In this document: in pieces, positions 46,648 through 55,677 of the stretch | Layout: every line of letters starts with the position of its first letter | Position numbering within the stretch: the first letter of the stretch is position 1 | IMG/VR virus record: IMGVR_UViG_3300045988_139196 | Origin: a virus | Reading direction: 5' to 3' (one strand) | Length of the DNA stretch: 64,000 bases | The notes under the pieces: generated by a model | What the model saw: only the letters and a program-made list of their open reading frames with translations | Databases searched by the model: none | Told to the model about the DNA's origin: nothing | Position numbers and translations under genes: made by a program

Positions 46648-47127
46648 ATGCCAATAAATTCTGTTATATCGGAGTGGAAAAATAAAGCTATTTCTATGAT
46701 ATTATCACAAGATAATATATTAGATTTATTTGAAAAGGACGATGAAGAACTAGAAAATATTGTGTATTCTAATATATACCCTTTTTTATATATACCTTAC
46801 ACTCAAACTAATGTAGAATTGTATCTTAACATTGAAGTTTCAGTTCCGAAAGTAATATGGGGAGCATTTAAGGGTTATCCCCAAATGATAATCCAAATAA
46901 TTTGTCACCAAGATAAAATGAGACTTAACAAAGCTGGTATTTCCAAAACTAGAATGGATTATGTGTCTGAATTGTTAGGTCAGTTATTTAACAACTCAGA
47001 TGGTTGGAGTGGCAATAGAATACAACTTATTTCGGACGTACCAGATAATTTGTCACCTGTTTATAAAAGGCGTACCTTAATATTTCAAGGTGAAGAACTT
47101 ACGATAAATCCATGTGAGGGTAATTAG
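46648..47127 (+). CDS. hypothetical structural-module protein
   Basis: Start at the ATG after GGGAGGTGTGTAAA. Confidence 0.5.
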   Translation: MPINSVISEWKNKAISMILSQDNILDLFEKDDEELENIVYSNIYPFLYIPYTQTNVELYLNIEVSVPKVIWGAFKGYPQMIIQIICHQDKMRLNKAGISKTRMDYVSELLGQLFNNSDGWSGNRIQLISDVPDNLSPVYKRRTLIFQGEELTINPCEGN

Positions 47128-47129
47128 TT

Positions 47130-47882
47130 ATGGACGAGCTTTCGATTTATCGTAATAAAAAAGAAACATTTATGTTAGGCAAGTTTGAAATTCACAACCC
47201 AACTTTGGACGAGATTTCAGACGAGTCAAAACTAGGTGAAAAACAGTTTTGGGTCATTGTATCTGACATAATTTCAACTCCATATGATAGAAGGCTATAT
47301 CTTTGGAGCAAGGGTATTGATTTTAACTCAGTAGATAGTTTTGACTTGTTTTGTGATATTGTCGAAAATCATTTGCTAACTGATGTTTCATTTATAATCC
47401 GTAATATTGATTTTGGTAAGATGAAACGCTATATTGACACGAATAGCGGTGATATTATTTTATTTGATGTTTATAACAATATTCAAATAGGTAAAGCAGA
47501 TTATGAACTGCTTACTGAATATTTCAGGAAAATGCTTAATATCGCTGATAACAATATTAAAGATGGAAATGAACACACCCGAAAATGGAGATTACAATAT
47601 GAATTAGACAAGCTTGAAAGACAATTAGCTAGGGGTGAGTATCAAGAAAAAGAATTTCGCTCTATTTTGTTGCCATATATTTCAGCATTAACAAATATTG
47701 AAGGGTTTAAATACAACTGGGACACGGTTTGGTCGTTACCTATTAATGTTTTTTATGATTGTCTTTTAAGAAATCAAATCATAAATCAAGCACAGAAGCT
47801 TACCACAGGTTTGTATAGCGGTACTATTTATTATAAGGACATTAAGAATAAAGAAGAATTAAATTGTTTCCGTACATGGTAA
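47130..47882 (+). CDS. hypothetical structural-module protein
   Basis: Track ORF. Confidence 0.5.
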   Translation: MDELSIYRNKKETFMLGKFEIHNPTLDEISDESKLGEKQFWVIVSDIISTPYDRRLYLWSKGIDFNSVDSFDLFCDIVENHLLTDVSFIIRNIDFGKMKRYIDTNSGDIILFDVYNNIQIGKADYELLTEYFRKMLNIADNNIKDGNEHTRKWRLQYELDKLERQLARGEYQEKEFRSILLPYISALTNIEGFKYNWDTVWSLPINVFYDCLLRNQIINQAQKLTTGLYSGTIYYKDIKNKEELNCFRTW

Positions 47883-47914
47883 CGGAAACAATAGAAAATA
47901 AAGGAGGAAATAAT

Positions 47915-48709
47915 ATGTTTAATCCAGACAAATTGCTTTTTAAACAAGCTATTTCAGGTCAGATGTTTTCGCCTACTGACGGAGTGCTGTTTTGGACTCT
48001 TGAAGATTTGAAAGACGTAAACATTCAGACCAATGCTACTTCACAGGATAAGACAGATGCAACAGGTGCGGTAATTGCAAAATACTATGATGCTGATACA
48101 GCTCAGATTACAGGTAATACATCGTTCCTTACGCTGTCACTTCTTGCTGCTCAGTGGGGTACAGAAAAGAACGTTGCAAGTTCTACTAACAAAATTCTCA
48201 TTCCTAAAAGAGAGAAGATTAAGGTGGGTAGCGACATAACAAAGATTACTCTGAGTAAAGTTCCTGTGGGTGGAATATCATTCATTTATCTGCTCAATGA
48301 AAGGAAGGAACAGGTTGCTTCTTACAAATATGCAGCGGTAAATTCAGAAAAGGAATTTTCACTTGATGCGGCTAAGAAAGAAATTACACTTCCGACAGAT
48401 ACTGCTATCAAGGAAGGAATGACTATTCAGGTATATTATACATATGAGTCTGAAAATGCAGTTGACATTACAAAGAGTACGAATGATATGCCAAAATCAG
48501 GTGAATTTTGGCTTGAATCAATCTTTACAGATATTTGTGATAAAAATATTGAATATCATGGTTGGGTTGTCATGGCATCTGCACAGCTTTCTCCTGAGAC
48601 TCAGATACCACTTGACAAGACGGGCGACTTCCCATTTACTATTGACTCTCTGAAGGACTATTGTAGTGACGAGGGTCAGCTTCTGAGATTTGTTATTCCA
48701 GAGGATTAA
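47915..48709 (+). CDS. major tail protein candidate
   Basis: Start at the ATG after AAAGGAGGAAATAAT, one of the strongest RBSs in the module. About 265 aa, upstream of the chaperone-like genes and the tape measure. Confidence 0.45.
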   Translation: MFNPDKLLFKQAISGQMFSPTDGVLFWTLEDLKDVNIQTNATSQDKTDATGAVIAKYYDADTAQITGNTSFLTLSLLAAQWGTEKNVASSTNKILIPKREKIKVGSDITKITLSKVPVGGISFIYLLNERKEQVASYKYAAVNSEKEFSLDAAKKEITLPTDTAIKEGMTIQVYYTYESENAVDITKSTNDMPKSGEFWLESIFTDICDKNIEYHGWVVMASAQLSPETQIPLDKTGDFPFTIDSLKDYCSDEGQLLRFVIPED

Positions 48710-48710
48710 T

Positions 48711-49007
48711 ATGGAAAACAATCATGAGTGTGTTATTTGCGGTAATGGATATTATGCGTGTAATAAATGTGATAAAATAAATAGTTGGAGGAGATATGTG
48801 GACACCCCATCTTGTTATCAATTATTTTTAATCATAGAAGAATATATGCACGAGGTTATCTCCAAAGCTGAAGCGAGAAAACTACTTGCTAATATTGGTA
48901 TTACTTTTAAAACATTAAAAAAGGAAGATTATAAAGAGTCGGTTTATAATGTTTTGGCTGATATTACAAATTCAAAAATAGCACAACAAGTAAAAAAAAC
49001 TAAATAA
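48711..49007 (+). CDS. small Cys-rich (Zn-binding?) protein
   Basis: CVICGNGYYACNKCDK near the N-terminus. Confidence 0.45.
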   Translation: MENNHECVICGNGYYACNKCDKINSWRRYVDTPSCYQLFLIIEEYMHEVISKAEARKLLANIGITFKTLKKEDYKESVYNVLADITNSKIAQQVKKTK

Positions 49008-49013
49008 AATAGA

Positions 49014-49057
49014 AAGGGCGGTTATTATGATAAGTATTGACCGCCCTTATTTTTTTA
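49014..49057 (+). terminator. rho-independent terminator
   Basis: Stem AAGGGCGG/CCGCCCTT followed by ATTTTTTT. Confidence 0.7.
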
Positions 49058-49070
49058 TAAAGAGGTAGAA

Positions 49071-49517
49071 ATGACAGATAGAAGCAAGTTTAATGTAGAT
49101 AAAGACAAATCAAAACGTAGTTATAATGGCATTATTTTCGACTCAGTGTTAGAAATGAAATATTATCGTGATGTACTTTGTCCTTTAGTGGAAAGCGGTG
49201 AAGTGATTTCGTATGAGTTACAGAAACCATATGAACTGCAACCGAAGTTTGTTCACGATGGCAAAACTGTGTTGTCAATTAAATATGTCGCTGATTTCGT
49301 GGTTACTTATAAAGATGGTGTCACTGAAGTTATAGATACAAAAGGTATGCCAGACTCAGTGGCAATACTTAAACGTAAATTGTTTTGGTATTGCTATCCA
49401 GACATTACATATAAGTGGATTACTTATGCTAAAAAGTTTGGTGGGTGGATTGATTATGATGAGTGTAAGAAACTGAGAAACGCAGAAAAGAAACGCAAGA
49501 AAATGGAGGAAACTTGA
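49071..49517 (+). CDS. DUF1064-type protein (PD-(D/E)xK-like nuclease fold)
   Basis: YNGIIFDSVLEMKYYRDVL..GEVISYELQKPYELQP..IKYVADFVV..VTEVIDTKG..LKRKLF matches the DUF1064 pattern. Confidence 0.6.
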   Translation: MTDRSKFNVDKDKSKRSYNGIIFDSVLEMKYYRDVLCPLVESGEVISYELQKPYELQPKFVHDGKTVLSIKYVADFVVTYKDGVTEVIDTKGMPDSVAILKRKLFWYCYPDITYKWITYAKKFGGWIDYDECKKLRNAEKKRKKMEET

Positions 49518-50000
49518 ATGAAAAATAAGCTTAGTTTTGCGGAAATGCAGGCATTTATAAATAATGTAGTTAAAGGTACAGTTGAGTACGGAGCAGGATA
49601 TAAAGATATCTTGCGTGAATATTATACGCTCACTCTTTACGGAGAGCATAAGTTTTTATCAGACGATATTGCGGAGATTTATGATAGTGGAGAGTTGAAT
49701 AGGGAATATAATAATATTGATTGGAAGTCGATTGACGAAGATCAGTATTACTTAATTGGTATAGCTATTGACAGCGGTATTGACATGAATGTTAGATACA
49801 AAGCGGCTGAAAAGGTTATGAGCATGGCTAATATAGCTGTAACAGAGTTTGCAAACAAAGCAAAAGAAATGATAGAACAGATTAGTGTTGCTACGAAAGA
49901 TATTGACACTGAAAGCTTAAATGAAGTGTTAAAAACACTTAAAGATAGTAATGACATGGCAAATAAAATTGTAATTTCAAACAACAAGGACGGTGACTAA
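49518..50000 (+). CDS. tail assembly chaperone candidate (by position)
   Basis: 160 aa, acidic, upstream of the tape measure. Confidence 0.35.
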   Translation: MKNKLSFAEMQAFINNVVKGTVEYGAGYKDILREYYTLTLYGEHKFLSDDIAEIYDSGELNREYNNIDWKSIDEDQYYLIGIAIDSGIDMNVRYKAAEKVMSMANIAVTEFANKAKEMIEQISVATKDIDTESLNEVLKTLKDSNDMANKIVISNNKDGD

Positions 50001-50001
50001 T

Positions 50002-50268
50002 ATGTTCTTTGCAGAACAGGAAATAACACTCGGAATAGTTCCTAATGCTAGGAATATTCATAGGTTTGTGTATTTTACACAGGTACGCCCCTCTGTGGTT
50101 AATCTGACAACAGATAGAACGGTCAATGGTAAATCAATTATAGGTCTTTGTAGTCTTGGTTTAAGAAATGGTGACAAAGTTACGATAGAAACACATAGTA
50201 AAGTTTCTCAGGAGCAAGCTGACGAGGATTTAAAGCTTGTTGTAAAGTGGTTGCGTGGTGAGGAATAA
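50002..50268 (+). CDS. HPr-like protein lacking the phospho-accepting His15
   Basis: VVNLTTDRTVNGKSIIGLCSLGLRNGDKVTIETHS aligns with B. subtilis HPr [42 protein letters not shown] is replaced by VPNARNI. The Ser46 context (KSI) is kept. Confidence 0.6.
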   Translation: MFFAEQEITLGIVPNARNIHRFVYFTQVRPSVVNLTTDRTVNGKSIIGLCSLGLRNGDKVTIETHSKVSQEQADEDLKLVVKWLRGEE

Positions 50269-50739
50269 ATGGTTGTAAAAAACCTTAAAGAACTAGAGCG
50301 AGAACTAAGAGCAAGAATTGATTACGCTCTGCTTACAGATGTTGCCGAGGTTGTTACCACTGTTATGCTAGATCATATTGAAAGAGATGTTTACGATAGT
50401 TATGTACCACATGAATATGTAAGACGATACGATAATGGTGGTTTAATGGATATTAATAATATTAATTCTTCTATCGAAGGTGACACTTTAGTTGTTGAAA
50501 ACAACACAATGGCTAACCCTTATATTTTTGTACAGGGGAAAATGATTAAGTCAGATAATGCAGACCAAGAATTAGCACCTATCATTGAAAGTGGTTGGGG
50601 GTACGATTTTGGAAATTGGACGTATCATGGTGTTGCTAGACCATTTGTATACAACACAAAAGAGGATTTAAGGGATAACAAATATCATGTTATAGCTTTA
50701 AGGCAAGGACTTAAAAGACAAGGAATAGAGGTGAAGTGA
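50269..50739 (+). CDS. hypothetical tail-module protein
   Basis: Track ORF, abutting its neighbours. Confidence 0.45.
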   Translation: MVVKNLKELERELRARIDYALLTDVAEVVTTVMLDHIERDVYDSYVPHEYVRRYDNGGLMDINNINSSIEGDTLVVENNTMANPYIFVQGKMIKSDNADQELAPIIESGWGYDFGNWTYHGVARPFVYNTKEDLRDNKYHVIALRQGLKRQGIEVK

Positions 50740-50740
50740 A

Positions 50741-53700
50741 ATGGCAGATGATTTAAAAATACGAGTTCCTGTGGAACTTGACACAAGCAAAGTTAAAGAC
50801 GATATACCTAAATTAAATAATGTACTGGCAAATGACAATAAGGCTCATGCTAAAATCATTGGTGAGTTGGACTTGAATAAAACACAAAAGAAAATTCAAT
50901 CTCAACTTGCTACAATCAGCAAAAATCTAAAAATAGATATTGGTGGTTTAAATGTAACTTCTATTCAGAGTAGTATAAAGGCTGCTGAAAAACAGGTAAC
51001 TAGCTCTGTTAAAAATATAAAGCATGAGATACAGAATATTGACACAACTCTTGCAGAAACTTTTAAGGCAGGTTTTAATAAAGACGGACAGATAGATATT
51101 GTTAAAACTATTGAAAATGCAAGAAAAGTTTTGAGTCAGTTTGGCAATCCGACATTTTCATGGACTAAAGATAGTTCGGGTGAAGTCACTCAAATTACAG
51201 CAGAAATTACAAGTTTGACAGGTCAAGTCGAAAAACTGAAATATGCTCTGAACGAAACAAATGGGTCATTTGACTATCTATCGGGTAGTAGTTCTGAAAA
51301 GGGTATATTAAAGCTGATTGCGGATATTGATAAGGCTAAGTCGGATTATACTGCTAAACTTTCGGCATTTAAGTCAGCGAATAAAGGTATTGAATCGGGT
51401 ATAGGAAATGAAATTAATGCCGTTAATGCTGCTATTGACAATCTTGGCAAGGGTGGTTCTATTGCAGAGGTTGATAAACTATTCAATTCATTAAAAACTA
51501 CTGCAAGCAATATCAGGCAAAATTTAAAATCTCTTACAAGTTCTTTTAATGAAACTACAAATGCCGAAAACACTTTGGCTAAAATGCCTGCAACAATACA
51601 GGAAATATCAAATAGTTTTTCAAAACTTAAACAACAACCGTCAGAGGTTTCCGAATTAATTAGTAACTTAAATTCCCAATTAAATAAGGTCAATGAAACC
51701 GAAAGTCAATTTGGGCGAAACGAAAAATGGTCTGAAGAATATCGTGAGTTAGTTGTTTCGGTTAAAAAAGCAGAAACAGAAATAAAGAGCTTACAGTTAC
51801 TTGAAAGATCTGATAATTCTGAGGCACAGCAGCAAGCTCATTATTATAATAAGATGTTTGGTGAAATCAAACAGATTAATAAGCTTAAAAAGCAACAGGT
51901 CAATGCTGGCGAGCAAGAAAATGTTGAGCTAAAAAGACAGATTAAAAATCTTGAGAGTAGAGTTTCTTATGACGAGAAGCAGCTTAAAAAGAAGAAACTG
52001 ATTACAGAAGAACTTGAAAGACAAAAGAATGAATTAATAAACATTGGTAGGGAAGAACTTAGATTAGCCAATTCTCGTTCTGCTGATAAATCGTCAGCTA
52101 CATCTACTAAAACAGAAAATAATGTAGCTAGACTTACGCAAAATCTCACCACCTTAGAAACAAAATGGAAAGAGTCGCCTATTTTTAATGGAGAGTTTCA
52201 AGAAAAGTTTAATGAGTTAAAAACAAGTTTGTCTAATGTAGGTGGCGATCCTAAAGCATTAGACGAATATCGTATTAAACTCAATGAACTAACAAATGAG
52301 TTAAAGAGGGCAGATGTAGCTTATAAAGCTAGTTTTTCTAGCAATAAATCACAACAGAATATAGAAGCTACAAGGCAGAACATTAAAAAGTTAATATACA
52401 CAATTCAGACATGGCAACAGGCTAATACTAAAGCCATGGGCAAGAATACTTTTAATGGCGGTACATATCAGGTTGAAACTGATAATATGATAGCTTCACT
52501 CAAAAAGTTGCTTAATGCCAGTGATTTAACTGCGAGCGATTTGAAAGCCAATGTTGATAAAATCAATCGTAGTTTTAGGACAATGAGTTCTGAGGCACAG
52601 GCAGCAGGTGTGAACGGTTTAAGCTTTTTCGATAAGATTAAAGAGGACGCTTTAAAGTTCACAAGCTGGATGAGTTTGACTACTGTGATTTCAGGTATAT
52701 CCAGAGAAGCTGTTAAGTTCTATAATAATGTTGTAGATATTGATACAGCTATGACAGACTTGCGTAAGGTTACTGATAACACAAATCAGCAATATACCGA
52801 GTTCTTTGATAATATAGGTCAAAAGGCTAAAGATTTAAAGATTGATTTATCTGATCTTATTTCTCAAACCGCAGAATGGGGTAAACGTGGTTATAGCTTA
52901 GATGAAGCCGAAACACTTGCCACAAACTCAGGTATTTATTCAGTTGTTGGTGAAGTAGATAATGCAACAGCAGTACAAGACCTAACAACAGTTATGAAAA
53001 GCTATAACATGACAGTTGATGAGTCTATCAATATTGTCGATAAGTTTAACGCAATATCAAACAAGTATGCTGTTTCAGCGAGTGACATCGGTGATATGTT
53101 GTCAAGGTCAGTATCTTCACTGAGCGTAGCAGGAAATACACTAGATCAGGCAATAGCAATGGGTACAGCCATTACAGAAATAACTGGAGACGCAGCCGAA
53201 GCGGGAAATAGTTTGAAAGTCCTGTCAATGCGACTTCGTGGAGCAAAAACAGAACTTGAAGATGCAGGCGAGTCAACAGAGGGCATGGCGGTATCGACCT
53301 CAAAACTGAGGGAAGATATTAAAGCTCTTACTAACGTAAATGGCACAGGCGGTTTTGATATAATGAAGGACTCTCAGAATTTTAAGAGTACCTATGAAAT
53401 TATGAAAGGTATCGCCAATGTTTGGAACGATCTTACTGATACATCAAAAGCCGCTGTCATAGAGAAAATCGCAGGCAAGCAAAGAGGCAATACAATTACT
53501 GCATTGCTTACAAATATGAGTCAAGCGGATAAAATTGTTAATGACTCAATAGGCTCTGCTGGGTCTGCTATGTCAGAGTATGAAAAATACCTTGATTCCA
53601 TTCAAGGAAGAGTGCAAGGTTTTCAGACAAGTATTGAAAATTTGTCAGCTACTCTGATTAATGGTGATTTAGTTAAATTCGGTATCACCAGTGGAACACA

Positions 53701-53851
53701 AATTATTGATGTTCTTGATAATCTAATTAGTAAATTCGGTGTTTTAAAAACACTTATTCCTACCGTTATGGCAGGATTATCATTCAAAAACGTAGGTAAA
53801 CAATTATTAAAGATGCCAACTTATGCACAGCCACAAACTATATGTGCATAG
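50741..53851 (+). CDS. tail tape measure protein, 5' portion (the ORF terminates by reading into a group I intron core)
   Basis: Long coiled-coil N-terminus. TP901-family tape-measure core (DIDTAMTDLRKVTDNT..ISNKYAVSASDIGDMLSRS..AGNSLKVLSMRLRG). The last 9 codons plus the TAG overlap the P1 hairpin. Confidence 0.75.
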   Translation: MADDLKIRVPVELDTSKVKDDIPKLNNVLANDNKAHAKIIGELDLNKTQKKIQSQLATISKNLKIDIGGLNVTSIQSSIKAAEKQVTSSVKNIKHEIQNIDTTLAETFKAGFNKDGQIDIVKTIENARKVLSQFGNPTFSWTKDSSGEVTQITAEITSLTGQVEKLKYALNETNGSFDYLSGSSSEKGILKLIADIDKAKSDYTAKLSAFKSANKGIESGIGNEINAVNAAIDNLGKGGSIAEVDKLFNSLKTTASNIRQNLKSLTSSFNETTNAENTLAKMPATIQEISNSFSKLKQQPSEVSELISNLNSQLNKVNETESQFGRNEKWSEEYRELVVSVKKAETEIKSLQLLERSDNSEAQQQAHYYNKMFGEIKQINKLKKQQVNAGEQENVELKRQIKNLESRVSYDEKQLKKKKLITEELERQKNELINIGREELRLANSRSADKSSATSTKTENNVARLTQNLTTLETKWKESPIFNGEFQEKFNELKTSLSNVGGDPKALDEYRIKLNELTNELKRADVAYKASFSSNKSQQNIEATRQNIKKLIYTIQTWQQANTKAMGKNTFNGGTYQVETDNMIASLKKLLNASDLTASDLKANVDKINRSFRTMSSEAQAAGVNGLSFFDKIKEDALKFTSWMSLTTVISGISREAVKFYNNVVDIDTAMTDLRKVTDNTNQQYTEFFDNIGQKAKDLKIDLSDLISQTAEWGKRGYSLDEAETLATNSGIYSVVGEVDNATAVQDLTTVMKSYNMTVDESINIVDKFNAISNKYAVSASDIGDMLSRSVSSLSVAGNTLDQAIAMGTAITEITGDAAEAGNSLKVLSMRLRGAKTELEDAGESTEGMAVSTSKLREDIKALTNVNGTGGFDIMKDSQNFKSTYEIMKGIANVWNDLTDTSKAAVIEKIAGKQRGNTITALLTNMSQADKIVNDSIGSAGSAMSEYEKYLDSIQGRVQGFQTSIENLSATLINGDLVKFGITSGTQIIDVLDNLISKFGVLKTLIPTVMAGLSFKNVGKQLLKMPTYAQPQTICA

Positions 53852-54153
53852 GTCACACACGTTTTAAAATAAGGTTGCCAAATTGCTGAGAACGGCTAAA
53901 GCTTTGCGACTACTTATAGCAATGGCACTATAAGAGTGAGGAAACTCGGAAACAATAGCAAAGATAACATATGCTGAGATAAAAGTCTATTATACTATTA
54001 TAATAGGTGCTAAGTGTTATTAAAAATGTCAGGTCAGCAGCCAACCCCTATCGGGAGATACGGACTAGGTTCAGAGAGTAGACGGTAACTATCTTGTGGT
54101 GAGATAAAGGTGTACTCCAACTATAGGTAACACCTATAGCGTTTCTAAAAATG
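53822..54153 (+). ncRNA. group I intron catalytic core (P1-P9)
   Basis: P element AAATTGCTGAGAACGG (53880-53895). P4 is TGCTGA 53884-53889 / TCAGCA 54034-54039. P3 is GGTTGCC 53873-53879 / GGTAACT 54084-54090. R element GGTTCAGAGAGTAGACGG (54068-54085). P7 is GAGTA 54076-54080 / TACTC 54113-54117. P8 is ATCT/AGAT. P9 hairpin is 54121-54139. P1 is 53819-53829 / 53843-53853, with a single U-G pair at 53821/53851. Confidence 0.7.
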
Positions 54154-54338
54154 AATTATCCCTCATTTATTTAGTTTTGCCCTTTAACAGTAAGGGTGGG
54201 ATAAAACTGTTATTAATCATTTTGCATAGTGTTTTATTTTACACTATTCATTTGTGTATGTCAACACTAAATTTGTTCGTTAATAAAAATTTTACATTTA
54301 TATTTACATAATGTTTGTTAATGCAACCATTATATGGC

Positions 54339-54367
54339 TTGACATTAGTTCCCAATATGGGTATACT
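54339..54367 (+). promoter_or_regulatory. promoter of the MazEF-like operon, followed by operator-like repeats
   Basis: TTGACA (54339-54344), 17-nt spacer, TATACT (54362-54367). Then the palindrome TATGCGTTAAACGCATA and ACGCATAATTTATTA twice (54378-54435). Confidence 0.55.
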
Positions 54368-54534
54368 GATAATAGAAATATGCGTTAAACGCATAATTTA
54401 TTATTTACACGCATAATTTATTAGTTATACGCATATTTTAGGTGCTTGCCCCTATAATATAATAGAGGTGATACCGCATGGAAGAAACTAACAACAAAAA
54501 GAATGTACGTAAAAAGTAGCAGGAGTTGATAGAT

Positions 54535-54726
54535 ATGGCAGTTATGAGTAAACCTGTAAATCTTGCCTTCGTTGTTAGAGAAGATAAAGCGGACGAATTT
54601 ATTAATTCCAAGTCCTCCGCAGCAGTTATTTCAAAAATAAAAAAACAGGCAAGAGAGATGATGAAACATTCGACTTTTAACGGACAGCCATGGGGAGAAG
54701 ATATTAGGAAATCACTTGAAGGCTAA
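54535..54726 (+). CDS. hypothetical small protein
   Basis: Start at the ATG after GCAGGAG. Confidence 0.4.
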   Translation: MAVMSKPVNLAFVVREDKADEFINSKSSAAVISKIKKQAREMMKHSTFNGQPWGEDIRKSLEG

Positions 54727-54802
54727 ACTATAAAAGTTTCATTTTTAATCAACAACCATACACAAAGGTATAAAATTATTTCAAAATTTAGAGGTGAGGT
54801 TT

Positions 54803-54985
54803 ATGGCTAAAACAATAAATGTACAGAATACTAAGATGTCAGTTGAGGAATTTAATCAATTTATTACAGCCAATTTAGATTTTATACTGAGTAATGTACC
54901 GCACAATCCGACAATAAACAAAGATGATGAGTGGAATGATAAAATCTACGATAATTATGCAAAAATCGATGACGATAGGAAGTGA
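54803..54985 (+). CDS. candidate antitoxin of the downstream MazF-like toxin
   Basis: 60 aa with an acidic C-terminus (KDDEWNDKIYDNYAKIDDDRK). Ends 5 nt before the toxin start. RBS AGAGGTGAGG. Confidence 0.4.
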   Translation: MAKTINVQNTKMSVEEFNQFITANLDFILSNVPHNPTINKDDEWNDKIYDNYAKIDDDRK

Positions 54986-54990
54986 CATAA

Positions 54991-55380
54991 ATGGCGAAGA
55001 AACAATGGGAGTTGTGGTACGCTAATTTTCCCTTTGAAGATAAAAATATCTCAAAGGATAGACCTGTTATTATATTGAGTGTGCAACCTTTGTGTGTACT
55101 GTCAATTAAAGTGACAAGTCATGAAGTGAGAGAAGCCGATAAATATGATGTACCTATTACTCATTGGCAAGAGGCAGGATTAAAGCATGAGTCTGTAGCA
55201 CGAATTTCCAAAACCGTATCGTTGGATAACAGTAAGTTCCGAAGAAAAATTGGTGAACTACATAAAGATGATATTGATATTATTCTTGAAAATTATGTTC
55301 AGTTTTTGCTTGAGTCAGATCAGGTTAAAATGGAAAACGGCAAGGGTGACAACGAGTTACTGAACGCAGCAAATGAATAG
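54991..55380 (+). CDS. MazF/PemK-like toxin
   Basis: WELWYANFPFED..SKDRPVIILS......IKVTSH..........ESVARISKTVSLD fits the PemK-like SH3 barrel pattern. Confidence 0.55.
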   Translation: MAKKQWELWYANFPFEDKNISKDRPVIILSVQPLCVLSIKVTSHEVREADKYDVPITHWQEAGLKHESVARISKTVSLDNSKFRRKIGELHKDDIDIILENYVQFLLESDQVKMENGKGDNELLNAANE

Positions 55381-55389
55381 ACATAGAAT

Positions 55390-55421
55390 AAGACCCTAGA
55401 TTTTCTCTAGGGTCTTTTGTT
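55390..55421 (+). terminator. rho-independent terminator
   Basis: Stem AAGACCCTAG/CTAGGGTCTT followed by TTTGTT. Confidence 0.7.
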
Positions 55422-55470
55422 ATTGACATTTTCACTAATTTTTAGCTTGAAACTTTGTACATATTGTATA

Positions 55471-55499
55471 TTGATTTTTTGTCGTTAATGTCATATAAT
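55471..55499 (+). promoter_or_regulatory. promoter of type III TA locus C
   Basis: TTGATT (55471-55476), 17-nt spacer, TATAAT (55494-55499). Confidence 0.55.
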
Positions 55500-55531
55500 A
55501 TAGTAAAGAAATGATTCAAGAGATTGAACAC

Positions 55532-55632
55532 TTCAAATGTTTGTCGCTGCTAGATATGCGACTAATAAATAGTCTAGTTCAAATGTTTGTCGCTGCTAGA
55601 TATGCGACTAATAAATAGTCTAGTTCAAATAT
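55532..55632 (+). ncRNA. type III antitoxin RNA: about 2.2 tandem repeats, 46-nt period
   Basis: TTCAAATGTTTGTCGCTGCTAGATATGCGACTAATAAATAGTCTAG occurs at 55532 and 55578, with a partial third copy from 55624. Confidence 0.7.
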
Positions 55633-55662
55633 AGTCTCGCCTAGAGCGGGACTATTTGTTTT
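55633..55662 (+). terminator. rho-independent terminator
   Basis: Stem AGTCTCGC/GCGGGACT followed by ATTTGTTTT. Confidence 0.6.
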
Positions 55663-55677
55663 GAGGGGCATAAATTA

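Noticed and set aside
49960-50010. Programmed -1 frameshift between the two ORFs upstream of the tape measure (a gpG/gpGT-type chaperone pair).
   Set aside because: There is no slippery heptamer in the 8-nt overlap. The downstream ORF has its own RBS and ATG (50002) and looks like an HPr-fold protein, not a chaperone extension.
54140-54175. 3' splice site immediately after P9 (G at 54153).
   Set aside because: It would add only NYPSFI* to the tape measure. The first exon bases (AATTAT) do not pair with the guide strand (no P10). It would also leave the 1045-aa start-less ORF unexplained. It cannot be excluded without RNA data.
31255-54200. Shared word GTAAGGGTGGG at ~31264 and ~54188 as a possible late promoter.
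   Set aside because: There are only two occurrences, each explainable as part of a local hairpin. The evidence is insufficient.
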